IMG/VR virus record: IMGVR_UViG_3300037803_000024 | Span: 1-56,516 of that record | From: a virus | Lineage: Duplodnaviria > Caudoviricetes | Strand: one strand, 5' to 3' | DNA: 56,516 nucleotides | In this document: piece by piece, positions 7,466-16,493 of the stretch | Position numbering within the stretch: position 1 is the first letter of the stretch | How the letters are laid out: the number at the start of each line of letters is the position of its first letter | Notes under the pieces: model-generated | Seen by the model: the letters and a program-made list of their open reading frames with translations, nothing else | Told to the model about the DNA's origin: nothing | Databases searched by the model: none | Translations under genes and position numbers: made by a program

Positions 7466-8383
7466 ATGGAAGCGGTTCAGGTGGCATCGGTAACGGCAGC
7501 CCTGCACGCGGCGGGCCTGACCGCAACCCAAATCGTGCGGCGAGTGCGACAGGGCGGCTACAACGCGCGTCAGTTGAACGCATACCGCGTGGCCGTCTTC
7601 TTCACGCACTACGGAGAGGGACGGGCGGAGAAGGAAGCCGCCGCAGAGCGCGTCCTGTGCGCCGCCGGGTACGCTGTTTCGCGGCCTTTCCAGAACAGCA
7701 ACGGCGTGCTGTTCGTGACTCACTCGCGTTAACCGGATACGACCTTTGAGCGCCGAGACCACCTGTCCTACCTGCGGGCGCCCAGCCAGCAGCCCATACC
7801 GCATCTTCAACTCGTCGGGCGAGGTGGAGGAGGGGTGCGTGGACGCGGCCCACGACGGCCAGTTGCCAGCCCTCTCCGCATCCGCCCGCTGGCACAGCCG
7901 AGACGCGGCCGTGCGCATCCGGAAGGAAGCAGAGCGTATCCGCGGAACCAGAGACGCGGTGACCGATGCCTAAGCCTACCTACAAGATCGTGGAGCGCGA
8001 TAAGCGCTACTTCGTCTTCGGCTACGTCGGCGCGGGAAAGTACATGCAGTGCTCGAAAGGCTACGGGCGGCGTGCGGACGCGGTCCAGCGGATGCGCCTC
8101 AACTGCGGTTCAGAGCGTGCCGCCAAGGCGGAGTTGCAGGACTGGAACGGCGCCTCCATCAACGACTGACCACGGGAGCGAGAGAGCCATGCAAGGAATC
8201 GTGGTTGAGACGCGCGAGGTGTCGCCCAACCACTTCCGTGCGGAAGTGGTGGATGGGCCCGTGTGGGCGCTGCGACACCTATCACTGGAGACCGAAAGCC
8301 GCATCGGCGCCTACTCCACCCTGCGCGACGAGTTGCGCGCGAAGGGTGGCCCCAATCTCTCTTTTATCCACGTACCGGAGTAA
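7466..8383 (+). other. Plus-strand operon of small hypothetical genes (7466-7732, 7746-7973, 7966-8169, 8189-8383)
   Basis: Tightly packed ORFs downstream of the promoter at 7394. Confidence 0.55.
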
Positions 8384-8387
8384 GCCG

Positions 8388-8603
8388 ATGAACACCCGTG
8401 ACGTACCCGCCTGTATGCGCACCCCCGTGGACGTTGCGAGAGCGTATGAGCACGGCTACGGCTTCGGCAACGCTGGGCTCTCACGCGACACTAATCCGCA
8501 CTTCCCGCACGGCGAGACGCGACGGCTGGCGGTGGCGTGGGATGAAGGCTGGTGCGATGGCAGGAACGCTTTGGAATCCTCTATCAATGGAGCGGGCAAG
8601 TGA
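8388..8603 (+). CDS. Rmf-like small protein
   Basis: AYEHGY..G.AGLSRDTNPH...AWDEGWCDG pattern. Confidence 0.45.
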   Translation: MNTRDVPACMRTPVDVARAYEHGYGFGNAGLSRDTNPHFPHGETRRLAVAWDEGWCDGRNALESSINGAGK

Positions 8604-8860
8604 GCGAGAACGTGGGAGACACCGGCCGCCAATTGGCGGATCGCATCGACGCGCTGGCGGTGGAGATGCAGTTAATCACTGGCGCCGTCACCGCACACGT
8701 CGCGGCGTCCACTGGTTACACCGACGCCGCAGGGTTGGGCTACATGGTGAAGCAGGGCGGTGATCTGATTCTGCAACTCAGAGAGTATGCCAGACGCGTA
8801 CGAGAGGGCGACTACAAGCCCGCTACCGTGTGGCGCAAGCCCTCGGCCACGCGCGGCTAA
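8600..8860 (+). CDS. Hypothetical protein
   Basis: GTGA overlap with the previous gene. Confidence 0.45.
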   Translation: MSENVGDTGRQLADRIDALAVEMQLITGAVTAHVAASTGYTDAAGLGYMVKQGGDLILQLREYARRVREGDYKPATVWRKPSATRG

Positions 8861-9027
8861 CCGCCGTCCTCACCCTCGTATTCCGGAGCATCCAAGAGCG
8901 CCCTGCCGTCAGGTGGGGCGTCTTGCTGCCATGCTGCGGCTGCGTCTTCGCGGTCTGCTGGCGTGATCTGCGCGAGTGTGGCGGCCTGTTCGTCGGTCAG
9001 TTCGGGGGGAATCTGCTGGAGTTTCAT
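8857..9027 (-). CDS. Small acidic protein downstream of the portal (not in the ORF track)
   Basis: MKLQQIPPELTDEQAATLAQITPADREDAAAAWQQDAPPDGRALLDAPEYEGEDGG; ATGA-coupled. Confidence 0.5.
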   Translation of the reverse strand: MKLQQIPPELTDEQAATLAQITPADREDAAAAWQQDAPPDGRALLDAPEYEGEDGG

Positions 9028-9466
9028 GGAATTAGCCTTTCGCGATAGGCGGCTATCTTGGCGTCTGCTTCCGGGTCACCCATCCACCGCAGCACCAGAT
9101 CGTTAAGCGCTACGTCGCACGCGAGGCACACGCCCCGGTAGCGGTTGCCATCGGCGCATACGTTCCACTGAAAACGCGACGGCTCGCCGCAGCGGGCGCA
9201 CGGGACGCGCAGAATGCCGCGCTTCGTGTAGGGTCTTCGCCTGCCGCCTGTCATTCTTTGTCCACGGGCCATTCAATCGTCCGCACAGGCTCAAACAACA
9301 TTTCTTGGATAGACGCTTCTAGAGAAGCGGTGTCCAGACGCGCCGTGGAGAACGCCCAATACTCGCCGTCGTTCTCCACCCGAATCACCATAAGGCCATG
9401 TTTCTCACACAGAGCGCGGTAATCGGTCAGGAACGCCGCCTTGTCTCTTTCTTCGGCCTTGCTCAT
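9024..9466 (-). other. Two small hypothetical genes (9024-9254 Cys-rich; 9251-9466)
   Basis: Translationally coupled to the portal stop and to each other. Confidence 0.5.
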
Positions 9467-11292
9467 CACTGCGTCAGGTTGGGAGGGCCGTCGGTGCGCA
9501 GCGCCGCATCGGCCTGCTGCGCGGTGTAGCCCATTTCGTTCATCAGGAACCACTTCCTGTCCACGCCGCTGCCCGCTGCGCCTTCAAACATGGTCCAGCG
9601 CCGCTCCTGCGTCGCCAGCGTGCGCTCCTGTGCGATCCTGGCACGCGTGGCGGCTACGTCCTGCACCCCCAACCGCGCGGTGCCTTCCTCTGCATCCAGA
9701 AGCTCGCCCTGCACCATCTCCAACGTGACGCGTTGCGCGTCGCCTGACGGGCTTCCAGCGCTCGGATGGCTCTGGACCTGCACGGCGTAGTTGTCAGCGA
9801 AGTCCGGCGCTTCCGAGCCTGCCAGCCAATCAGCCGCAATTGTCACCCACGTGAGCCCTGCGGCGAGTGCGCCGTCCACGGCTTCGGCCACGCCCTTAAT
9901 GTCGTTGAAGAATCCCGCGCGTGCCTGCTCGTACGCCTCTCCGCTGGCCTCTGCCGTGCTGCCAGTCAATCCGCTGCGCCGATGCCCCTGACGACAGGCG
10001 TAGCGCATCATCATCGTGTGGGCGTCTGCACCTTCGATGATGTTGGCGACCGGCGATGGCTCGTGGTAATCGACGGACGGAGACGTGAGGCCGAACGTAG
10101 GATCGCCTTGCGTGTTCGCGCCGGTCTGGTAGGGGAAGCCGTTCAGGTGGCGAATCAGGTCAGGACCCAGCGCGGCGGGTGCGGGGTGGAAGTATTGGAG
10201 CACATCGCCCACCTCGCGAGTCGTTGGTACGGAGACGCCCACTGGCGCGGTCAGTTCCCACGTCCCGTCTTCCTGCGCGTTAATCTCCGTGCGCTGCCCG
10301 TAGCCATGCGACTGGATCAGTCGCGTGAGCGAGGTTGCGTCGAGGTCGAGCGCGGCTTGGATACGCACCACGGCAGGCGTCAGGATGCAGCCCACGTCGG
10401 CGCTTACGATGGGTAGCCAGCCGCCCCATGGGTAGCGCGTCTCTGCGGTAGGCGCGCCCTCTGTCAGCAGACGCAGCACGGTGATGCCGCCTTCGTTGAA
10501 CCACGTCTCCGCGCACTTCCTGTTCTGTGAATCATCGAACAGGAATACGCCCGTCTTTTCGTGTGTATCGGGGTCGATGTAGACGGCGCAGGTATTGGGC
10601 GGCGGAGCAACGACGCGGATGTGCCGGAGTGCTGCTGCGCGGTCCGGCTGTTTCGGAATCCGCTGCTCCGTGCCGACGACTTCGCCAACCTCGTTCCTGA
10701 TGGCGACTTCCTGCGTGCGGCTTGCCGGGTTGAAGAAGAAGCGCAAGCACGCCTGCCCGCTCTTGGACATGGAGCCCTGCGCCACCATGCCCTTGACGCC
10801 GGTGGGGTTCCGGATGTTGCTGCCGCCCCACAGGCCCTCGGTCGTCCACCACGCCGACAGATCGCGCTCCCACTCGTCAACCGCGCGCTGCTGTTCGTCG
10901 GATAGGCCGCGCACGCCCTTCTCGTCTGGCTCGCCCGCGGGCTCCTTTGCACCGACCGTGATGCTGGCCTCGTTCGCGCACGCGCCGTCCACGCGTTCCG
11001 TAAGGCACGTGTACATCTCCGGATTGGGCGTCAGGAGGCGCGTCAGGTCCGACTTGGCCTTGGGGGTCAACTGGCCGTTTACGTCGAAGCCAGCGCCAAT
11101 CCATGGCTTGCCGTCCTGAAGATGGTCCGCCAGAATCACGTAGGCGTAGACGCTGGCCGCGTGCGCCGGGTCAAAGCCGCCGGGGAAATTGGCCGTGGCA
11201 GCCGCCAGCGCGTGGTCATACGTCCACTCCCGCCGGTCACGTGGCGGGGTGGGGGTTGAGGCGCTGCTCGTGGTGGGCGTGGCTAGGGCCAT
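9466..11292 (-). CDS. Portal protein (divergent)
   Basis: 608 aa; the only large ORF between TerL and MuF; C-terminal SGEA...ELLDAEEGTARLG resembles portal motifs. Confidence 0.65.
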   Translation of the reverse strand: MALATPTTSSASTPTPPRDRREWTYDHALAAATANFPGGFDPAHAASVYAYVILADHLQDGKPWIGAGFDVNGQLTPKAKSDLTRLLTPNPEMYTCLTERVDGACANEASITVGAKEPAGEPDEKGVRGLSDEQQRAVDEWERDLSAWWTTEGLWGGSNIRNPTGVKGMVAQGSMSKSGQACLRFFFNPASRTQEVAIRNEVGEVVGTEQRIPKQPDRAAALRHIRVVAPPPNTCAVYIDPDTHEKTGVFLFDDSQNRKCAETWFNEGGITVLRLLTEGAPTAETRYPWGGWLPIVSADVGCILTPAVVRIQAALDLDATSLTRLIQSHGYGQRTEINAQEDGTWELTAPVGVSVPTTREVGDVLQYFHPAPAALGPDLIRHLNGFPYQTGANTQGDPTFGLTSPSVDYHEPSPVANIIEGADAHTMMMRYACRQGHRRSGLTGSTAEASGEAYEQARAGFFNDIKGVAEAVDGALAAGLTWVTIAADWLAGSEAPDFADNYAVQVQSHPSAGSPSGDAQRVTLEMVQGELLDAEEGTARLGVQDVAATRARIAQERTLATQERRWTMFEGAAGSGVDRKWFLMNEMGYTAQQADAALRTDGPPNLTQ

Positions 11293-11342
11293 GCGGCGGC
11301 GAGGATTCGAGGGAGCGGGCGAAGAAAGCCGTTCAGGTGTGA

Positions 11343-11371
11343 ACTATAGGCGCTGTCGAAGGCAGGTGCAA
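11343..11371 (-). promoter_or_regulatory. sigma70-like promoter for the portal gene
   Basis: TTGCAC-17-TATAGT. Confidence 0.65.
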
Positions 11372-11410
11372 TGGGCGAGGCGCCCGGTCAAAGACGCCTC
11401 GCCGGACAGA

Positions 11411-11635
11411 TTACATGCAAATGGGGCAGTACGTCCAACCCGAAAAGCAGGTGTCCTGACCGTAACACGTCTTGCAGCTAGCAACTTCCGTCGGAGGCGG
11501 GGCGGGACAGGCGCACCCGGTGTACTCCACCGACTCCTCGCGCCCGCGCACCGTGCCCGCCGCTTCCGGCACGTGGCGCACGGTGTCGAAGCTCTCGACG
11601 CACAGCATCTCGAGGTCCAGCTTCAGCTTGTGCAC
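11411..11635 (-). CDS. Cys-rich RiPP-like precursor peptide B
   Basis: Leader KLKLDLEMLCVESFDT...GTVRGR; core with 7 Cys. Confidence 0.8.
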   Translation of the reverse strand: MHKLKLDLEMLCVESFDTVRHVPEAAGTVRGREESVEYTGCACPAPPPTEVASCKTCYGQDTCFSGWTYCPICM

Positions 11636-11687
11636 TCGCTACCCCTTTTGGTTTAAGAGTTATAGTTGTTGCTGCGGCGCGTGTGGA

Positions 11688-11993
11688 TTAGGCGCAGCAG
11701 TACTGCTTGATGCCGGTACACGAGAAGGCGCAGACCGACGGCACCACCGGGCATGAGCAGTCCGACAACTCCAGCCGGGTGACCCCACAGTCGCCGCACG
11801 CGGTCTTGGGACACGTACCCATCCCGTCACACGTGGCCCACGTGCGATCGGCGCAGTAGTTCTGGCCGGTGTTGTCCGTGTCACATGGACCGCAGTCCGT
11901 GGCCGCGGTGGAATCGTGCCCGATCACGCCGCGTCTGCCCGCTTCGAACGTCTCGACAGTCAGGCTGTCGAGGTCCAGTTACATCTTGCGCAT
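11688..11993 (-). pseudogene. Cys-rich RiPP-like precursor peptide C with in-frame TAA at codon 5
   Basis: ATG CGC AAG ATG TAA CTG GAC CTC... = MRKM*LDLDSLTVETFEAGRRGVIGH, followed by a 13-Cys core; TAA at 11981-11979. Confidence 0.8.
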
Positions 11994-12029
11994 CAGGGTT
12001 TCTTCCCCCCTTGGTGAAGGGAAAACATT

Positions 12030-12059
12030 CCGGCCGCGGGGGGCTTTCCCCGCGGCCGG
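12030..12059 (-). terminator. 12-bp GC hairpin between peptides D and C
   Basis: CCGGCCGCGGGG/CCCCGCGGCCGG, followed by AATGTTTT on the minus strand. Confidence 0.55.
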
Positions 12060-12065
12060 GCGATG

Positions 12066-12392
12066 TCAGCAGTTGGGTCCGTTGCAGGCGGTGATGTCGC
12101 ACGAGGGGCCACCGCAGGCGGTCATGCCGCAGGTGGAGTGGTCGCACGTGTCGCGCGGGCCGTAGTTCGTGATGGCGCACCCATCCCAGCAGGTGTTCTG
12201 CTCCGGGTGCGAGCAGTAGCCTGTCATGGGGCAGAACTGCGTGTTCTCGGCGCAGTAGGCATCGCCAGACTCGGTCACCGTGCAATCAGTCGTGCTGTCG
12301 TGCCCACGCACCGTGCCCTCACGCGGCTCACCCCGACCGGCGACGAACGACTCCACCTTCAGATCGCCCAACTCCAGCCTCATCTTCCGCAT
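12066..12392 (-). CDS. Cys-rich RiPP-like precursor peptide D
   Basis: Leader MRKMRLELGDLKVESFV...GTVRGH; 12 Cys with Cx4C periodicity at the C-terminus; AAGGAGG RBS. Confidence 0.82.
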   Translation of the reverse strand: MRKMRLELGDLKVESFVAGRGEPREGTVRGHDSTTDCTVTESGDAYCAENTQFCPMTGYCSHPEQNTCWDGCAITNYGPRDTCDHSTCGMTACGGPSCDITACNGPNC

Positions 12393-12747
12393 GATCGCCT
12401 CCTTGGGCGTTTGCGGTTCTGCGCCACGCTCTCACCCGGCGCCCGGTCTCCGCAGCCTGTGCCCTGCGGCTGGCGTTCTTTCGGCGGTGATTCATCCACC
12501 AGTGGACGACCGCATCCCTGCGCTTTTTCCGGAGGCGCACCGTGCGCCCCGAACCCGGCGCACGCCCTCCGTGGGCTTCGCGATAGCGCAGCAGAGCCAC
12601 GGCATAGCCAAACACGTTGCTCGCCCTGCGGAAGGTGCGGCTTGCCTCTTGCGCTGTCGCACCAAAACCGCGCACGGCCTGTGTCATGGCGGCGATGGCG
12701 ACCCTCAGGTTTCCCCGGAGGTCGCCAACCGTTCTCGGATCGTTCAT
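12328..12747 (-). CDS. Basic hypothetical protein
   Basis: MNDPRTVG start, ATGA-coupled to the RHH gene; 3' end overlaps peptide D. Confidence 0.4.
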   Translation of the reverse strand: MNDPRTVGDLRGNLRVAIAAMTQAVRGFGATAQEASRTFRRASNVFGYAVALLRYREAHGGRAPGSGRTVRLRKKRRDAVVHWWMNHRRKNASRRAQAAETGRRVRAWRRTANAQGGDHAEDEAGVGRSEGGVVRRRSG

Positions 12748-13103
12748 CGTCCCTTCTTTCCTGTCTGGCGCTCTTTGGTGTAGGGCTGCCGTGCGGGAAC
12801 CTCCGTGGGCGTCGTCTGCACCCCCAGCGGCATGCGTGTCCAGCCTGCGGGAGTGGTGCCTGCCGGCGCGAGGATAGACGCAGCCATCGCCTGCGCGCGT
12901 AGGTGCTCTGAAACAATCCGTTCCGTAGTCACAGCGGGTTTGCTGCATGGCGTCGCGTAAGCCTCCACTGCTCTGCGGATCAGTTCAGACACCGACAGCG
13001 CGCGAGAGCCCAGCCGCAGCCCTACCTCTGCCGCTTTGCGCTCCCATGCCTGCCAGTCGCCGGGGCGCACGCTGACGGTGCGCGTCTCTCGCTTGTCGCT
13101 CAT
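12744..13103 (-). CDS. Ribbon-helix-helix DNA-binding protein
   Basis: TRTVSVRPGDWQAWERKAAEVG...LSVSELIRRAVEAY. Confidence 0.65.
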   Translation of the reverse strand: MSDKRETRTVSVRPGDWQAWERKAAEVGLRLGSRALSVSELIRRAVEAYATPCSKPAVTTERIVSEHLRAQAMAASILAPAGTTPAGWTRMPLGVQTTPTEVPARQPYTKERQTGKKGR

Positions 13104-13108
13104 GTGTG

Positions 13109-13139
13109 TACAGTAATGCACATAGGCACTGTAGCGCAA
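13109..13139 (-). promoter_or_regulatory. Promoter (possibly leaderless) with a palindromic operator
   Basis: TTGCGC-18-TACTGT ending 6 nt before the ATG; TACAGT-N13-ACTGTA inverted repeat. Confidence 0.5.
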
Positions 13140-13161
13140 GTGTGAAGTGTGACCCTTGTGC

Positions 13162-14673
13162 TTACCGCCGCACGGTGCGCGTAGTGGGGATGCCTGCCCA
13201 CGGGTTCACCGGCGTGCGGTTGCTCAGCATCAGTTCGGTGAAGAGCCACACGACAGCGTCAAGCCGGTTTGGCGACGGATCGCCAGGGGACCATGTGCAC
13301 TGCTCTCGTTCCAAGAGCGAGAAGTGCCCCGCGTGGTGCACCCTGCCGTCCTCGTAAAGCTTTTGCACGGGCTCCGCGCGAGTGAGCTTGCCACGGCTGG
13401 CGTGGATCAGCTTGACGCGGGGTGCCTTGGGCACGGTACCAATCGTGATCGCCACCATCTCGCCGCCGTTGTTGGCTTCTGCCACGAGCGCATCCGCGTT
13501 CCATTCGTTGTAGGCGTCAACGCTGGCCTGCGCCCACTTCTTCGGCCCGCCCGCCACGGTCGCGTCCCGCAAGAGCACACCGTGCACCACACCGGCGCGC
13601 TTTTCAATGCCGCCAACCATGATGCCCGCTTCATCATTTCCCTCTGTGGCGTTGGGATCGACGGCGATCACGATGCGGTAGAAGCGCCCTGTATCCTCCG
13701 GCGTCAGCGGCACTTCGCGAAACGGGTTGATGTCCCGCTCGCGCTGCCAGAGGCCGGATTCCGCCTCCGTTTCGTGCTGGGCCTCGCGCAGGAACGCGCC
13801 TCTGCCCCATTCGTTGATCTGCGCCTCGCACGTCGCGAGGTTCTGGCCTTCCCATGTGGCCGTTCCGCCCGTGATCCGCCAGCGCCGTGAGCCGTCTTCC
13901 CTGTCCTCGTGCTTCAGGGCCAGACCTAAGACGGCAGGCTCTTCGAACACCTCGCGGTCCAGCAGGAAGTCAGCCTTGCCTTCCGCAAGTTGGGTTGCTA
14001 TCGACAGATCGTGGATGCGGTTCTGAATGAACAGCACTGCGGCATCAGAGGCGCCAGCGGGCAGGATGGATTCGGTGATCGTTTCGATTTTCTTCTTGAT
14101 GACGGGCGGAGAATCGTGGCGGTCGTCCACGTCGTCAATTACAAACAGGTCGGGTCTGTCATCCCCCAGCTTCACACCGCGCGCAGCCGCATCCACCCCA
14201 AGCGCGAGCACGGAGAAACCGTTGGCGGCTCGGAGAATGTCCATGCGCCAGCCGATGGAGTTGCCGTAGCCATTGACGGCCCTGCGGATGCCCAGCGTCT
14301 CGAACCTGCTGGCGATGGCTTGGACGTGCTTGTTGGCCTGGTCCTGAGTGGCGCAGAGGTAAACGGCGAAGTTGCGGCTGCGCTTCACGCCCGCGCGCGT
14401 CACACCCAATTCTGCCGTGCTGCTCTTGGCTCCGCCACGCGGCCAGATTTCCACGTGGGCGGTGGGCTTTACGCCCGGCGTCAGCGCTTCGAACCATTCC
14501 CAAAGACGAATGTGCCGCGAGGCAAACGGTGCCTTCGCGGCCTGCGGGAATTTGCTGGTTACCCAGGTGCGCCAGTCGCCGCCGTCCTCAAATAGCCCGG
14601 AGAGCAGCGCGTCCATCTCTGCGCGCTCTTGCTCGCTCAAGTAGGGCAGCAACCCTATCAGCTCGTTCGTCAT
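13162..14673 (-). CDS. terL: Terminase large subunit
   Basis: Walker A WPRGGAKSS; Walker B FVIDDVDD; nuclease IAVDPN..D..G, EANNGG, SPNRLDA. Confidence 0.93.
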   Translation of the reverse strand: MTNELIGLLPYLSEQERAEMDALLSGLFEDGGDWRTWVTSKFPQAAKAPFASRHIRLWEWFEALTPGVKPTAHVEIWPRGGAKSSTAELGVTRAGVKRSRNFAVYLCATQDQANKHVQAIASRFETLGIRRAVNGYGNSIGWRMDILRAANGFSVLALGVDAAARGVKLGDDRPDLFVIDDVDDRHDSPPVIKKKIETITESILPAGASDAAVLFIQNRIHDLSIATQLAEGKADFLLDREVFEEPAVLGLALKHEDREDGSRRWRITGGTATWEGQNLATCEAQINEWGRGAFLREAQHETEAESGLWQRERDINPFREVPLTPEDTGRFYRIVIAVDPNATEGNDEAGIMVGGIEKRAGVVHGVLLRDATVAGGPKKWAQASVDAYNEWNADALVAEANNGGEMVAITIGTVPKAPRVKLIHASRGKLTRAEPVQKLYEDGRVHHAGHFSLLEREQCTWSPGDPSPNRLDAVVWLFTELMLSNRTPVNPWAGIPTTRTVRR

Positions 14674-15031
14674 CCGTCAGGGCTGCGGTGATGCTGGTGG
14701 GCTGCTCCCTCAAAAGGCGCATCTTGTCGATGGAGATGCCAAGCGCGACAGTGACATTGGATAGGTTCGCGTCTCCAATCTTGGCCGTAGCGCTGTCCAG
14801 CAACTTATGCGCGAGGTCTTCCAGGCGGTCCGCTAAGTCTTCCTTTTTCCCCAAGCGCATTTGCGCTACTTCCGGGTTTACGCCGCGCTTCCTGAACCAG
14901 CAGTCCAAGGTTTTCTGAGGAATGCCAAGAGCAGCGGCGGTCGCGGAGACGTTGCCTCCGTTGGCGTCCACCGCTGCTAGGGCTTCGGCCTTCTGAGAGT
15001 CCGAATATTGGCGGCGGCGTGGTGCAGACAT
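14588..15031 (-). CDS. terS: Terminase small subunit (HTH)
   Basis: YSDSQKAEAL...GNVSATAAALGIPQKTLDCW; immediately upstream of TerL. Confidence 0.7.
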   Translation of the reverse strand: MSAPRRRQYSDSQKAEALAAVDANGGNVSATAAALGIPQKTLDCWFRKRGVNPEVAQMRLGKKEDLADRLEDLAHKLLDSATAKIGDANLSNVTVALGISIDKMRLLREQPTSITAALTDDERADRVAALLERARARRDGRAALRAI

Positions 15032-16462
15032 CTACGCAGCGCGCACGGAATGGGTGGACGCCCAACGCACGGCTTCAGCAACCACCCCTTCGATGGTCGC
15101 CTTTTCGCACTCAGAGCCTACCGCGCAGTACGCCTTGCCGTCTCCAGTGATACCGCGAAAAACTCCGCATCGCCAATTGCCCGTTACCGACGGTCGTAGC
15201 AGCAGGCCGTGCTCTTCAATGGCCGAGAGGATTTCTTGTGCGTCCATGCTTTGAGAGTACCCGTCAGGAGGGAGAAAGGTCAAGGCTCACGCCGGAGCAG
15301 GCCGCAACGTGTCTGCGGAAGCCGTTGGCCGTGAACAGCCCGTCGCACTTCGGACAGGGTTGTCGTGGGCGCTTCGGTGGGCGCTTCAACTCCTGCGGCG
15401 TCAGGTGCACGAAATCGTCGTCTGGCTGGTTGATTGAGACCTCGCGCGAGCCGCAGACCGGGCACCAGCGGGAACGTGCGTGACTGTCCGGGGAGTAGGC
15501 CACCTCCACCGCGTAGCGGGTGTTGCAGCCGCCGCACCTGTAGGCTCTCATGGCTGGTGCAGCCTTTCGTCTGCGTACACCTCTGCCAAGTCGGCTTCCA
15601 GTTCACGAATCCGCCCCACCAGCGCCAGCACGACGGCAGGTTGCACGTGGCAGACCGGTCCCTTGGTGCGCGCTGCGTGGGCGGCCTCTCTCGCCAGCAG
15701 TTCGGGTGTCACCTCTACCCGCTCATAAGGAGTAGTCATGCAGCCTCGTGGGGAGTTTGCTTGGGCGGCAAAGGCATAGGCATCCAATGCGTCGGCAGGT
15801 TGCCGGTCAGGTCTTCACCTTCCTCCGTAAACCAGTACTCGCCTTCACCATCGTCGTCCAGACAAAAACGGGCGACGATGACGCCTGCGTCTTCGCGGTA
15901 GGCGAGTATGGGTAGGTCTCTTTCCGGCGCTGTCGCAAAGGGCCTCCAAGAAAGTTCTTGCAGACGCGAGAGAATGTCTGCCTCGGACGCCTTCAACGCC
16001 TCCCATTCACCCGAACTACCGCCGCAACCGCCGTCTACCCATGCGCTTGCCATCTGAGCGAAAGCCCAGAGTCTTAACCGTACCTCATCCTCTGAAATCT
16101 CTACCCGCTCGGATGCGTGGCTGGCGAGAGACTCACTCACTGTGCACCTCCGTTTTTCCGTCGAAAGGATCATCTCCCCACCTGTCGCTGGGCTTCCAGA
16201 AGGGTCTTGCGTCCATCTGCGCCTGCACGGCACGATAGAGGATTACGTCGCTTGGCGAGCCGTCTCTGGATATGGGCGCGCTTTCGGTTGCGGCGAGTAT
16301 ATCCGCGATGAGAAAGGAATCCCTGAAGACGACCGAACCCAGCCTTAGCGAGAGCGCATTGGCGTGACCGTGCACGAGGCCGGTGAAGTACGCCGCCTGT
16401 TCGATGGGGGACCGGAAGGGTGTGGGCACCCCTTCCCCGGACGTGTCTTTAAGCGCAGCCAT
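15032..16462 (-). other. Run of small hypothetical genes (15032-15283, Zn-ribbon 15264-15551, 15548-15787, 15736-16233 with DUF551-like PTHWMP end, 16133-16462)
   Basis: Coupled ORFs; CxxC pairs; PTHWMPMP motif. Confidence 0.45.
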
Positions 16463-16493
16463 CAGTCGTGCCGCTCGGATGCGTGGTCAGTAG

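Noticed and set aside
14588-14673. 86-nt TerS/TerL overlap as a frameshift or fusion
   Set aside because: Both frames look like normal termini, and overlapping terminase genes are common
15264-15551. Other Cys-containing small ORFs (here, 9024-9254, 41610-41825) as RiPP precursors
   Set aside because: They have paired CxxC Zn-ribbon patterns and no shared leader
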